A stretch of 64,000 nt of DNA. Origin: a virus. This document shows positions 54,774 to 63,981 of the stretch, one piece after another. Both the position numbers and the translations under genes were made by a program. The first letter of the stretch is position 1, and each line of letters opens with the position of its first letter. The notes beneath the pieces were generated by a model that ran no database searches, was not told the DNA's origin, and saw nothing but the letters and a program-made list of their open reading frames with translations. The stretch spans positions 64,001-128,000 of IMG/VR virus record IMGVR_UViG_3300045974_000283, one strand, 5' to 3'.

Positions 54774-55418
54774 ATGAAAATCCCTGCCCAAGTCTCCAAG
54801 GCCATCAAGAACGTCAACGAGTACCTCCAGTCTCGGGGCCTGAAGTGCGATACCTGGAACGGCGCGATGCCGCCCGTTCCACCGAACATCATCATCCAGC
54901 CGCTGAAGCCCTACTACACGGTTCAGTTGAACACGTCTGATGACCAAGGCACCACTTTGCGTGGACTGCGATCCATGATCAAGATGGGATTCGACAAGAG
55001 CCCGGCCACGGACTGTCTGTACACAAAGCACACGCCCGCTGGGACGGTGCAGGTCTGGTACTCGAAGACCAGACCCGGCGTCATCAGCATTGGGGTGCAG
55101 ATCGAGGACAAGACTCCTGAGTCCGTTCGCTTCTGGACGGCCATCAAGCTCCTCCCGGTCTGGAAAGATTCCAAGCCATCGATCAAGCAGAGAGAATCTG
55201 TCACGGTGTTTGAACGCGCCTGCGAAGAGTTCCGCGTGGGCTACGGCTCTGACTTGCTCGCCGTTGCCTTGAAGTACCTGATCGTCAAGGACACCACCGC
55301 AATCCGCAAGATCGCGGACACCGAAAATCAGTTCAACGAAGAAGCCGGTGAAGCTCCGAGCACTCCAGTTCGATGCGCTCAAGCTCTGTTGCAAGGCGTC
55401 TTCGCTTACATCGGTTGA
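54774..55418 (+). CDS. Hypothetical protein, 214 aa
   Basis: Start at MKIP, GGAA RBS. Confidence 0.7.
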   Translation: MKIPAQVSKAIKNVNEYLQSRGLKCDTWNGAMPPVPPNIIIQPLKPYYTVQLNTSDDQGTTLRGLRSMIKMGFDKSPATDCLYTKHTPAGTVQVWYSKTRPGVISIGVQIEDKTPESVRFWTAIKLLPVWKDSKPSIKQRESVTVFERACEEFRVGYGSDLLAVALKYLIVKDTTAIRKIADTENQFNEEAGEAPSTPVRCAQALLQGVFAYIG

Positions 55419-55430
55419 CCTGGAGCCAAC

Positions 55431-56213
55431 ATGGCCGACGCCTTTGACCTTTCCCGTTCCCAGCTCTTCGGCTGGAACAACCCTGCCAAGGGCGCTCGTC
55501 ATGTGGCGTCGCCCTTCGAGGGCTCTCTGGTTCACGACGAAGGCTCTACCTACACGAGCGCTCCGGGCGCGCTGGCCTTCGAAAACGAGCTCGCTGCTAT
55601 CTCGGACGCCTACCACATCTCTCCGAACCCGGCGGACTATTTCTTCCGCCCGGTGCCTGCGATCATCTCGGACATCCCGAATCGCAACGGCATCGGCTTC
55701 CCGCTGAAGTCCCTCACCAAGTGGAACGCTCAACAGGGTAGGCTCGCCTACATGACCTGGAAGGGCAAACCCATGTATGAGGAGCACGGGAAGTATCACC
55801 AAGACCCTGAGAACCCGGACATCACCAAAGCCCTCGGCGTCATCGTGGACGTTTCCCTGCGGCCCCTTCGCGGCTTCGGTGGCAACCGTCTGTGGAAGGT
55901 GATGATGCTCGCGGCCCTCGACCGCACTGCCAAGGAAAAGACCCACACGAAAGACCTCGTGGGGATGGTCGAGCGGCAAGAGGTTAATACCTACAGCATG
56001 GGAGCGCTCGTCAGCGCTTACACCTGCTCGATTTGCAACTCCGCCATCGGTCGCTGCACTCACGTCGACGAGGAAGACGCCACGTTCTTCCAAGTACAGA
56101 ACGGCGTGATCGCTCACCGCCTCTGCTGGGACATCGAGGGCTGCGAACTGTCTGTCGTCATGGACCCCGCTGTCGGTCTCGCTGCCAGTGACTACGTCCG
56201 CCTGAAATACTGA
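55431..56213 (+). CDS. Probable prohead (maturation) serine protease with Zn-finger insertion
   Basis: PNRNG.GF, GKPMYEEH (His), G.IVD, YSMG (Ser), CSIC...C.H, ELSVV.DPA. This order matches HK97/assemblin-type prohead proteases. Confidence 0.65.
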   Translation: MADAFDLSRSQLFGWNNPAKGARHVASPFEGSLVHDEGSTYTSAPGALAFENELAAISDAYHISPNPADYFFRPVPAIISDIPNRNGIGFPLKSLTKWNAQQGRLAYMTWKGKPMYEEHGKYHQDPENPDITKALGVIVDVSLRPLRGFGGNRLWKVMMLAALDRTAKEKTHTKDLVGMVERQEVNTYSMGALVSAYTCSICNSAIGRCTHVDEEDATFFQVQNGVIAHRLCWDIEGCELSVVMDPAVGLAASDYVRLKY

Positions 56214-56224
56214 CAAGGAACACC

Positions 56225-56971
56225 ATGATCCCGCAATACTTTCTCCCTGTCTCGACGCCGGACAACCGCGTCATCGGAACGGTCCCCATCAGCCTAACCA
56301 CCTTCGATGGCACCGAGACGAGCGTCACCGTCGGCGACGTCGTCTACCCCCTGAAGCGTACTCGGTTCGAGACGCCCCGCGTGCTTGGCAAGATCATCGA
56401 CTACATGGCGATTGCTGCCACGGTGACCGAAGAGCGCGCTGGCCGCTTCAAGAACTTCGCCAACTACGTCGCTCAGCAGTACGACCAGATTTGGATTCCG
56501 CTGAACAGCACGGTCAACGACCGGATGCAGACCAAGGGCGACCTGACCAAGCTGCTCGAAGGCATTCGCAAGTCATCGGCGACGTCCACTCCCGGCGTCT
56601 CGGTGCCCACACCCGGCGACCTCGCTGTGTCGTGGTATGGCAACGCACCGTTCGCCAACACGCCTCAGCAAACCTTCCTGGACCTCACTTGGGCTGCTCT
56701 GCTCGGCGTGTCCTCGGTGGATGTTCCGGCAATCGCTTCGGTCACGCTCGGCGACCTGTCCAGCCATCCCGGTTCGACCATCGACCTCCGTGCGGCGCTG
56801 GTATATCCGTCTGGCAACCCAACGATCCCCGGAGCGCCCGTTGCCACGCGAGTTCGCATCATGCGCCTGCGCCCCTCTGGTGTGACACCCGGCGACTACG
56901 TCTGGCCGCTGACGCTGACTTCCCCCACGGGTGACACCGTGACCATTACGATCACCCTGACCGTTGTCTGA
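56225..56971 (+). CDS. Structural protein, 248 aa (C-terminal Ig-like segment)
   Basis: AAGGA RBS. T/V/P-rich beta C-terminus. Confidence 0.7.
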   Translation: MIPQYFLPVSTPDNRVIGTVPISLTTFDGTETSVTVGDVVYPLKRTRFETPRVLGKIIDYMAIAATVTEERAGRFKNFANYVAQQYDQIWIPLNSTVNDRMQTKGDLTKLLEGIRKSSATSTPGVSVPTPGDLAVSWYGNAPFANTPQQTFLDLTWAALLGVSSVDVPAIASVTLGDLSSHPGSTIDLRAALVYPSGNPTIPGAPVATRVRIMRLRPSGVTPGDYVWPLTLTSPTGDTVTITITLTVV

Positions 56972-56979
56972 GGACCACC

Positions 56980-57582
56980 ATGAGCATTCAAGTTTACGCG
57001 ACGCGAGTCGTCGCTGCAGATTCCTCACTGAAGGACGCTGCGATCCAAGCGATGCTGTACCAGATGCGTCATGAGATGATGGCAAGCGCTATCACCCTCA
57101 AGAAGTTTTGTCAGCGTGGATTTGTTGAAGACGTCCTCGATGATGCGGCTCTTGTGGACGGCGGTCCCTTGAGTGTCGTTGCCAAGGATCCGTCTCTGAG
57201 AAAATCTTTTCTGGCAATACCTTTCGCCAAGTGGGACGAGTTCTACAAGAAGAAGTTCTCAGGAAACCTATCTTTCAAGGGTCTTCTGAAGCCTGAGGTC
57301 AAGCTCCTGAAGGAAATCACGTACCGAACGGGCTATACCATCGATGTGGAAGCCCTGTCAGGTGCCAACAACTCCAACCCAATCACCCTCAAGGTGATCT
57401 CGCCCAACAAGATCGCCATCGGTTCCGGCGGTCGCGGATGGGACAGCCCGGTCTTCACTGCGCAAGATCTCGCAAGCCTCGGCATGACCGTCGACTCTGT
57501 GAAGGAGATGTTTGCCAGGTTCGGCCTTGGAACCGCGAAGCGTGAAGTTCAGCGCAAGCCCAAGATGCTCGGTCCCGATTGA
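56980..57582 (+). CDS. Hypothetical virion protein, 200 aa, N-terminal RVVAA motif
   Basis: GAGGA RBS. Confidence 0.7.
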   Translation: MSIQVYATRVVAADSSLKDAAIQAMLYQMRHEMMASAITLKKFCQRGFVEDVLDDAALVDGGPLSVVAKDPSLRKSFLAIPFAKWDEFYKKKFSGNLSFKGLLKPEVKLLKEITYRTGYTIDVEALSGANNSNPITLKVISPNKIAIGSGGRGWDSPVFTAQDLASLGMTVDSVKEMFARFGLGTAKREVQRKPKMLGPD

Positions 57583-57596
57583 TACTGGAGCCCACC

Positions 57597-57908
57597 ATGT
57601 CCGAAACCACCTTGACCGACGGCTCGCCCGTCACGCCTGACCACCGCGAGATCAACCCCGCCACGGGTCAACAGAAAGCCTACGTCGTGCTCAGCGACGA
57701 GGAACGCGCGAAGGGTTTCATCCGCCCGGTACGTGACTCCTATGTCCACAATACCTGCGGCGCTGTGACCAAGATGGGCCGCACCATCGCGGAGACCTAC
57801 GCCCGCGACCCAAAGTTCTACGCTGGAACGTTCTGCTGCGTCTGCAGGGCTCACTTCCCGCTGATGCAGTTCAAGTGGGACAACACCGACATCGTTCTCG
57901 GAACATGA
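57597..57908 (+). CDS. Conserved small Zn-binding phage protein
   Basis: GQQKAYVVLS.EER.KGFIRPVR.SY.H..CG..T.M...IAETYARDP.FY..TFC..C. GGAG RBS. Confidence 0.75.
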   Translation: MSETTLTDGSPVTPDHREINPATGQQKAYVVLSDEERAKGFIRPVRDSYVHNTCGAVTKMGRTIAETYARDPKFYAGTFCCVCRAHFPLMQFKWDNTDIVLGT

Positions 57909-58120
57909 CCGATCCCCTGAAGTGCGCTATCGTCATTGATAGATGGAAGTTTGACATCTTCCATCGGGTGCTCACGCAGTCTGGATACACCTACGAGCAT
58001 ATGCAAGGTCCGGTTCCCAACACGATACTTCTCTCCGTGCTGACCAACAACGCGGTCGCTCTGAAGGAAGTTGTTACGCGAGCCAACGAAGAAGCCGCCC
58101 TCACTTGGAAGACGACATGA
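57905..58120 (+). CDS. Hypothetical protein, 71 aa
   Basis: ATGA overlaps on both sides. Confidence 0.6.
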   Translation: MTDPLKCAIVIDRWKFDIFHRVLTQSGYTYEHMQGPVPNTILLSVLTNNAVALKEVVTRANEEAALTWKTT

Positions 58121-58635
58121 CCAATTCAGGAACCCGCGTCGTGGCTGCGGAAAACGCCGCGAAGCCCGCCGAACGGGTTCTCCTCCTGTGGGATATCTAC
58201 TCGCCCACGCTGGAAGCCCGCCTCATCTCCGATCTGCTACGCCTCATCGGTACGCTGCCTCTAGGCTCGACCGTGTCAGTGATGAAAGGCGCGGCCAAGA
58301 CGAACGCCGGATCCGTCCAGCGTCTGGTAGAACGTCTCGGTTTCGAGTTCAGCTACTGGAAGCCCGGTCAGCCCCTCACGGCGATCATGCGGTACTTCAA
58401 GGACACCCCGCCTGACCTTCCCGACTACGACTACGGAACCGCCGTGTTCGATCGTCCGATGGGCGGTCCTCGGTTCGAGACCACGATGCACACGCCGGAC
58501 CCCGCGCCGCCCCCTCAGGTCTACGTGCCGATCAACGACCCCTATCCCAAGTTCCGCTCGCGTGTCCCTCAAGGCACTCCGTCCACCGGAAACCTTCCGT
58601 GGTGGGCATGGACCAATAACGTGGTGATCGAATAA
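58117..58635 (+). CDS. Hypothetical protein, 172 aa, N-terminal RVVAA motif, Pro-rich C-terminus
   Basis: ATGA overlap, then TAATG coupling to the next gene. Confidence 0.7.
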   Translation: MTNSGTRVVAAENAAKPAERVLLLWDIYSPTLEARLISDLLRLIGTLPLGSTVSVMKGAAKTNAGSVQRLVERLGFEFSYWKPGQPLTAIMRYFKDTPPDLPDYDYGTAVFDRPMGGPRFETTMHTPDPAPPPQVYVPINDPYPKFRSRVPQGTPSTGNLPWWAWTNNVVIE

Positions 58636-61148
58636 TGCAAATCGTCTACTCTGATTACATCCGTGGCATGAACGCGATGGCGGGTGGCAACTATGTCACC
58701 GCGTTCAGCATCCCTGGTCCGCTCGGCGCCTTCTTCAAGTCGGTCAAGTCGGAGCTGACCTCGCTCGCCAACGACATCAAGGTCGAGTTCAAGGACGTCC
58801 TCAAGTGCTTCGCCAACGGTGAAGCCTTCAAGCTGTTCAAGGCCCTGAAGTTCAGTCTGACGGCGCTGCTCAAGGGCATCCGCACGTTCGTGGCTCTGCT
58901 ACCTCGTGGCATCACGAGTTTCTTCCAAGAACTGCATGATGCAGGCTACGTCGAGAAGCTGCGCACAGGTGCAGTCAAGGTGGACGAGATTCTCCACAAG
59001 TATCCTGTCTTGAAGAAGCTCGCCGGACCTGTGATGGCTGGCCTACTCTTCTGGATGTGGACTTCGATGGCGTTCACGGGCGACCCGTGGACGGACTTTG
59101 ACGTCTCGCACATCGGTGATGCGATGCTCGGTCATTACAGCATTGAGACACTGTTCACGTCTCCTGCGGGCTTGACGGGTCTGGCGCTGCTCGCGGCTGG
59201 AATCACGATGCCCGGCCTGCCTATCTCGTGGCTTGGCGTCACCTTGTTCAACACGCTGATCGCCATCGCGTTCACGCTCGGGAAGAAGTACGCCCCAGCT
59301 GTCGCACCGAAGATCCGCACTTTGATTCCGAAGGGCAAGTTCGACAAGCGCGACACTTCGAGCCCGCCTCTTGAAACCGAAACCGCCAACGTGAAGGCCC
59401 GTATGTCCATTCGTGAAATGCAAATCGCTGCGCTGAGCCCCAAGGCTTATGCCATGTTCAAGGGAAAGATCGCCGAGCTCAACCAGGACCTCGTCGGCAT
59501 CTACCACATGATCAAGACGGACGGCAAGTTTCCGCCTCCGCTCTACCTCGTTCAGCAGGCCAACAAGCTGCGTCGCGTTGCCAACAATCCGGCGAACGTT
59601 CAGAACTTCAAGGACCTCATCAAGTTCATGGAAGTGACCCTTGGCACGGCGATGCTTAAGCGCAAGGTGCAGGCCGACGGCAGCATCTTCACGGTCGAGA
59701 TGCGTGACGCCGCCAAGCAGATGATGCGCGAGGCCACCAAACGGATCGAGGACTTCGCCAACGACATGGACAGCCTGGACGCTAACGGTCCGCAATCTTC
59801 TGTTCCGGCGCTGCTCACCTCGTATGTGGACTACTTCGTATATCAGCTGAGTATGTTGTCGATCAACGGCTTCATCATCAAGGCCGAGCTGACCAACGCC
59901 AAGAAAGTCGGCGTTCTGCTGGACAAGAACAAGACCCGTAGCGTCATCCCGCGGAAGGTCAAGGAACTCCTTGATGAGGGCACCCCGGCTCCCGCTTCCC
60001 CGCTCTCAGTACCCGGTCAGTCTCTTGTGACTCTGTACGCGGTGTTTCTGATGAACCTCAAGCAAAACGATCCCAGTGTCAGCAAGCCCCAAGCTGAATC
60101 GCTTTTCCACAAGTGCATCGGCCGACTCCGAAACGGAACCTATCTGGCCAACGAAACCGAGGCATTCCTGAGGACCATGTCCCCAGCAGAACGCCGTGAA
60201 TTTGCCTTGAACCCTGAAGATTCTCCGCGAGGTTCTGCCCGTGGGAACGCCAACGCGTTCTTGGATGAACTCGTCGAAGAGGCGATGGGTCTGATCGAGA
60301 GCGCGGGTGAGGACGAAGATGAAGCTCCGCGCAGCCTTTATCCACCGAAGCCCGCCGCCCCGGCCCCCGCCACACCTGCCAAGGTGATCAAGCCCTTCGG
60401 CCCTCCGTACCTTGACGCCAAGAGAGTTCCTTATCTCTCCCAGCTTGCGCACTACATTGTGCGCTATCTGTGGGAGGAAGACGATATCGATCGCGCAGCG
60501 GAAGCCATCGGGTGGGATGATGCCACTCTCAACGCCGAGTACAGGGAACGCGCTGAGCTGGAACTCGGTCTGGTCGCTCAGGATCTCTACACCTCGTTCA
60601 TACCCGCGCTCGTGGAACTGGACGCTCACCTCCGACGCGGCAGCGTCAACGGTGAGAAGGCCATCTTTGACTCTGTCAAGACCTCCAAAGACGGGATGCC
60701 TACCGATGAGGCTATAAACGCGAAGGTCAACCTCAAGAGGAACCCCCTCTCGGAGGCCGCGACCAAAATCTTGAAGCGGATGTTCACGGCCAAGAAACTG
60801 GTCATTGCAACCATCATGCTTCGCTTGAAGAAACAACAGAAGAATCCGGCGCTGGCCCCGAGTTTTGCGGTGGGCCTCCCCCTCACACCCGCGAATGTCT
60901 ATGAAACGCTCTCGAAGTCCAGCGGCCTGAACTGGTCTGATCTGCTCACCAGCATGGGGTACACGAACATCTACCGGAACCCAAATGAATTGGGTCTTCG
61001 TGGAAGCCTCGAGGACTGCCTCGAAAAGCTGCGGAAAGCTGGCAAAGTTCGCACGGAGTCTTACGCGGGCGAGGACACCGTCTTCATCGCTATCCAGCGG
61101 CCCGCTGCCCCCAAGAAACCGCCGTCTGGCAACATCCCCACCTTCTGA
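58635..61148 (+). CDS. Large multidomain protein with hydrophobic N-terminal helices (possible internal/ejected virion protein), 837 aa
   Basis: AGPVMAGLLFWMW and GLTGLALLAAGITMPGLPISWLGVTLFNTLIAIAF hydrophobic stretches. V-x-A linkers. Confidence 0.7.
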   Translation: MQIVYSDYIRGMNAMAGGNYVTAFSIPGPLGAFFKSVKSELTSLANDIKVEFKDVLKCFANGEAFKLFKALKFSLTALLKGIRTFVALLPRGITSFFQELHDAGYVEKLRTGAVKVDEILHKYPVLKKLAGPVMAGLLFWMWTSMAFTGDPWTDFDVSHIGDAMLGHYSIETLFTSPAGLTGLALLAAGITMPGLPISWLGVTLFNTLIAIAFTLGKKYAPAVAPKIRTLIPKGKFDKRDTSSPPLETETANVKARMSIREMQIAALSPKAYAMFKGKIAELNQDLVGIYHMIKTDGKFPPPLYLVQQANKLRRVANNPANVQNFKDLIKFMEVTLGTAMLKRKVQADGSIFTVEMRDAAKQMMREATKRIEDFANDMDSLDANGPQSSVPALLTSYVDYFVYQLSMLSINGFIIKAELTNAKKVGVLLDKNKTRSVIPRKVKELLDEGTPAPASPLSVPGQSLVTLYAVFLMNLKQNDPSVSKPQAESLFHKCIGRLRNGTYLANETEAFLRTMSPAERREFALNPEDSPRGSARGNANAFLDELVEEAMGLIESAGEDEDEAPRSLYPPKPAAPAPATPAKVIKPFGPPYLDAKRVPYLSQLAHYIVRYLWEEDDIDRAAEAIGWDDATLNAEYRERAELELGLVAQDLYTSFIPALVELDAHLRRGSVNGEKAIFDSVKTSKDGMPTDEAINAKVNLKRNPLSEAATKILKRMFTAKKLVIATIMLRLKKQQKNPALAPSFAVGLPLTPANVYETLSKSSGLNWSDLLTSMGYTNIYRNPNELGLRGSLEDCLEKLRKAGKVRTESYAGEDTVFIAIQRPAAPKKPPSGNIPTF

Positions 61149-61150
61149 TC

Positions 61151-61432
61151 ATGGCGAAGCGACCGTTCATCAAGCGGTCGGCTTCCGGGGTTTCACGCAT
61201 CACCCGCGACGAGTACGGGCCTGAATGGCGCTCCACTACCAAAGCGGTCGCCACTCGTGAGGGTCATTCGTGCTTTGACTGCGGGACGAAGCGCCCGGAG
61301 GACGGCCCCTACGAGACCCACCACATCATTCCGCTGAGTCGCGGTGGAACAACTACCAAGGCCAATTTGATATACCTGTGCAAGCGGCACCACGACAAAC
61401 GTCATCCCGGTCACACAATCAGGCGGCGATAG
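61151..61432 (+). CDS. Stand-alone HNH endonuclease, 93 aa
   Basis: W......R....CFDCG...HHIIPLSRGG....NL..LC..HH..RH. Confidence 0.9.
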   Translation: MAKRPFIKRSASGVSRITRDEYGPEWRSTTKAVATREGHSCFDCGTKRPEDGPYETHHIIPLSRGGTTTKANLIYLCKRHHDKRHPGHTIRRR

Positions 61433-61478
61433 CCTGTTAATGGGCTCGCCCGCTCTACCACTCACCAGGAACCCTCTC

Positions 61479-62192
61479 ATGGCCCTCGACGTTCTTTCCA
61501 CCACGCAAACCCAGAAGATCGACGACTCCGTTTCGCCGAGTGAAAATTTCTCCCACGTTGCCGACGAGTACCGTGTTGACTCTTCCACTGGCAACGTGAC
61601 CGCCGCCTCCGAAGGTGACGGCCAGGACGACGGTTTCAATCTCGGCGCTCCGGTCGATGACACTGCCCTGCTCCAGCTGATCAACGCTTGGCTGATGATC
61701 AACCCCGTGCCATCCGGCAATGAGGTCGTCTCGTTCATCATGTCCTTGGGCTTCGACTTCGAGCACGACTCGGAAGCCTTCAACAACATGATCGACATCG
61801 TGACTGACATGATCACGGGCGAAGGCCAGGACCTGTCAGACTCCGCACCTGAATCCGAATCGGATGACACTGCCTTTCCCATCTTCGATCCAGCAGACGG
61901 CCTCACTTTTGAGGACAGCGATTTCGGCGATGATGAAGACGAAGAAGACCTCGAACACGAGACTGACGGCGAGGGTTTCTTTATTGAGTCCGCTGCCGAC
62001 GACACGAACACCCCGGAACCCCGGGACACCGACACCACTGAAGACAACCCCTCACTCGAACTCGGCGCCGCCGAGCCAGACGCTCTGGCAGACGGCCTGA
62101 ACAACGACGGCACCACGGTCACGGGCGAAGACCCCGAAGCCGAAGCCCTCCGCAACGACGGCAAGCCTGTCCAGGACGCCGATCAATCCTGA
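61479..62192 (+). CDS. Highly acidic protein (possible scaffold/chaperone or DNA mimic)
   Basis: Very D/E-rich, almost no K/R. AGGA RBS before MALDVLS. Confidence 0.7.
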   Translation: MALDVLSTTQTQKIDDSVSPSENFSHVADEYRVDSSTGNVTAASEGDGQDDGFNLGAPVDDTALLQLINAWLMINPVPSGNEVVSFIMSLGFDFEHDSEAFNNMIDIVTDMITGEGQDLSDSAPESESDDTAFPIFDPADGLTFEDSDFGDDEDEEDLEHETDGEGFFIESAADDTNTPEPRDTDTTEDNPSLELGAAEPDALADGLNNDGTTVTGEDPEAEALRNDGKPVQDADQS

Positions 62193-62217
62193 TCCCTTTC
62201 TTTCCCAAGGAACCACC

Positions 62218-63045
62218 ATGTTTGCAACGATTCACGAACACTCGCCCGTCAGCCCCCGTCTGGCTCTCGTCACTGCCTCCTTCGTGGGTGGTGACGTTTC
62301 TCGTCAAGACGAAATGCTCGACGCCATCACTGCTTCCCTCGGCGGCTCTGCTGTCGCGGTGCGCGGAAGCTGGTCTTGGGTTGACCCTGAGCACAAAGAG
62401 ACCGCCATCGGCTTCGTCTCCTCGGCTCGCCAGACCGTGGTGATCGAAGGCCAAGAGCCCGACCCCTCCAAGTTCCACCGCGTCCAAGCCAATGTCTACG
62501 TTGACAAGGGCGACGAAACCGTCTGGAACATGGCCGAAGGCGCTGGCGGCAAGTACCTCACGCGCTCGGGTCAAGACGACCTGCGCTCCGTGCTGGAAGC
62601 CGCCCGTCACAGCCCGACGGGTTCGACCCCGCGTCTGGCTCGCATCAACCGCGCGAACGCTACCGTTCACGACGTCGTTGGCTTTGTGGCTGAAGGCCGC
62701 AACGTGGCCGAGATGGACTACGGCGTCGTCGTGGAAGTTGGCAATGGCGCGCTGATGGTCATGTCCACGCTGCAAGACGGCGCTTTGGTCACCGTGCCGG
62801 AAACCCATGTGGCTTCGGTCATGGAACTCACGCCCGAAGGTCGTCCGCAAGTCAGCGCCTCGGCTGTCACGCGCATCAAGGCCTCGCGCGTCACCGCTGC
62901 CGACGGCATGAACGACACCTCGTTTGATCGCAGTATGAACCCGGCTGGTCCGCTCACGCCCCAGGAATACTGGAAGCTGGCCTATCGCGACCAGAACTAC
63001 ATCAACATGATCCTCAAGCAAGTGGCGGAAGTCGCTGCTCTGTAA
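62218..63045 (+). CDS. Probable capsid-associated structural protein, 275 aa
   Basis: AAGGA RBS. RIKASRVTAAD motif. Followed by a strong terminator. Confidence 0.7.
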   Translation: MFATIHEHSPVSPRLALVTASFVGGDVSRQDEMLDAITASLGGSAVAVRGSWSWVDPEHKETAIGFVSSARQTVVIEGQEPDPSKFHRVQANVYVDKGDETVWNMAEGAGGKYLTRSGQDDLRSVLEAARHSPTGSTPRLARINRANATVHDVVGFVAEGRNVAEMDYGVVVEVGNGALMVMSTLQDGALVTVPETHVASVMELTPEGRPQVSASAVTRIKASRVTAADGMNDTSFDRSMNPAGPLTPQEYWKLAYRDQNYINMILKQVAEVAAL

Positions 63046-63067
63046 GGCGGTCGACATCGTCTCAATA

Positions 63068-63101
63068 CGGGGACGCTGCCTAACGGTGGCGTCCCCGTTT
63101 T
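63068..63101 (+). terminator. Rho-independent terminator
   Basis: ggggacgctgcc-taac-ggtggcgtcccc followed by gttttcgttt. Confidence 0.8.
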
Positions 63102-63117
63102 CGTTTCTGGGAACATC

Positions 63118-63981
63118 ATGCTCAAAGCTCGCGGCTTCACCGTCATCCAACCCAAACAAACCAAGCCACCCCTCCCCAAGAACAAGCCTCGTGTGGCGGA
63201 TCCTGATGAGGACGACATCCCGCCTTGGGAGTCGTCCGCCAAGAAGCGCCCGCCCAAGCGCACCATGAGCGATGTCGTTCCCAAGCTGGCCGCGAAGAAA
63301 GCCTCTGAGCCCACTCAACGCAAAGCCCGCCGAGCTGACCCTGTCGAAGACCTTGACCCCGATCCACCCTCACGACAAGTCCGGCCGCAACGCACAGCTC
63401 CCATTGTTCTCGCAGATCAGAGTGCTCCCCGTAGGAATGCAGTCGCACCGCGTCCTAAGCCTGTCGTGGTCCCTGATGCTCAGTTCGACCAGGAGAGCGT
63501 GAAGGCCCTAAAGTCGCGCTTCGGCAACAAGGCCCAGACCATTCTGGACATGCTGGATTCCGACGAGGAAACGGATGGCGCCGTGTCCCTGCTAAGCCGC
63601 TCGCTCGTGCAAACCCTCGTCGGCGTTCTGCCTATGGCGGAGAGCAACGTGCGCGAGTCCCGTGGTGCCAAGGGCATCTATCAGCTCAACCAACTCGTTT
63701 CGGGTATCCGCGAGATGATGGTGGACCTGCAAGCGCTGCGTGACAAGGGCAACCTCGGCCGCTCCGTCGTTGACCGTCATGTGCGCCCAGCCTACATGGA
63801 CATGAGCGTTCAGGTCATGCAGTCGTTCACTCTAATCGAGTCCTTTGCACAATCGCGGATGAAGAGCGCCGATTACAGGGAATTCCGGGCTCATGTGGAC
63901 GAAGTGAAGAAGAACCTCGCTGGATATCTCACAGCTCAATACGCAGACCTTCGAGAGGGTGTTGCGAGCTCGCTGACATGA
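63118..63981 (+). CDS. Hypothetical protein, 287 aa: basic disordered N-terminus plus helical C-terminal domain
   Basis: K/P/R-rich first half, amphipathic helical second half. Confidence 0.75.
   Translation: MLKARGFTVIQPKQTKPPLPKNKPRVADPDEDDIPPWESSAKKRPPKRTMSDVVPKLAAKKASEPTQRKARRADPVEDLDPDPPSRQVRPQRTAPIVLADQSAPRRNAVAPRPKPVVVPDAQFDQESVKALKSRFGNKAQTILDMLDSDEETDGAVSLLSRSLVQTLVGVLPMAESNVRESRGAKGIYQLNQLVSGIREMMVDLQALRDKGNLGRSVVDRHVRPAYMDMSVQVMQSFTLIESFAQSRMKSADYREFRAHVDEVKKNLAGYLTAQYADLREGVASSLT

Noticed and set aside
20342-61441. CtrA boxes (TTAA-N7-TTAA) as the explanation of the TTAA-containing motif
   Set aside because: Only single half-sites are present and they are strand-oriented, which fits a promoter element better.
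48896-63045. Major capsid protein
   Set aside because: No ORF showed recognisable HK97-fold capsid features. It probably lies outside the window.
63118-63981. Terminase small subunit
   Set aside because: The helical C-terminus is compatible, but there is no diagnostic motif and it is far from terL. Left as hypothetical.
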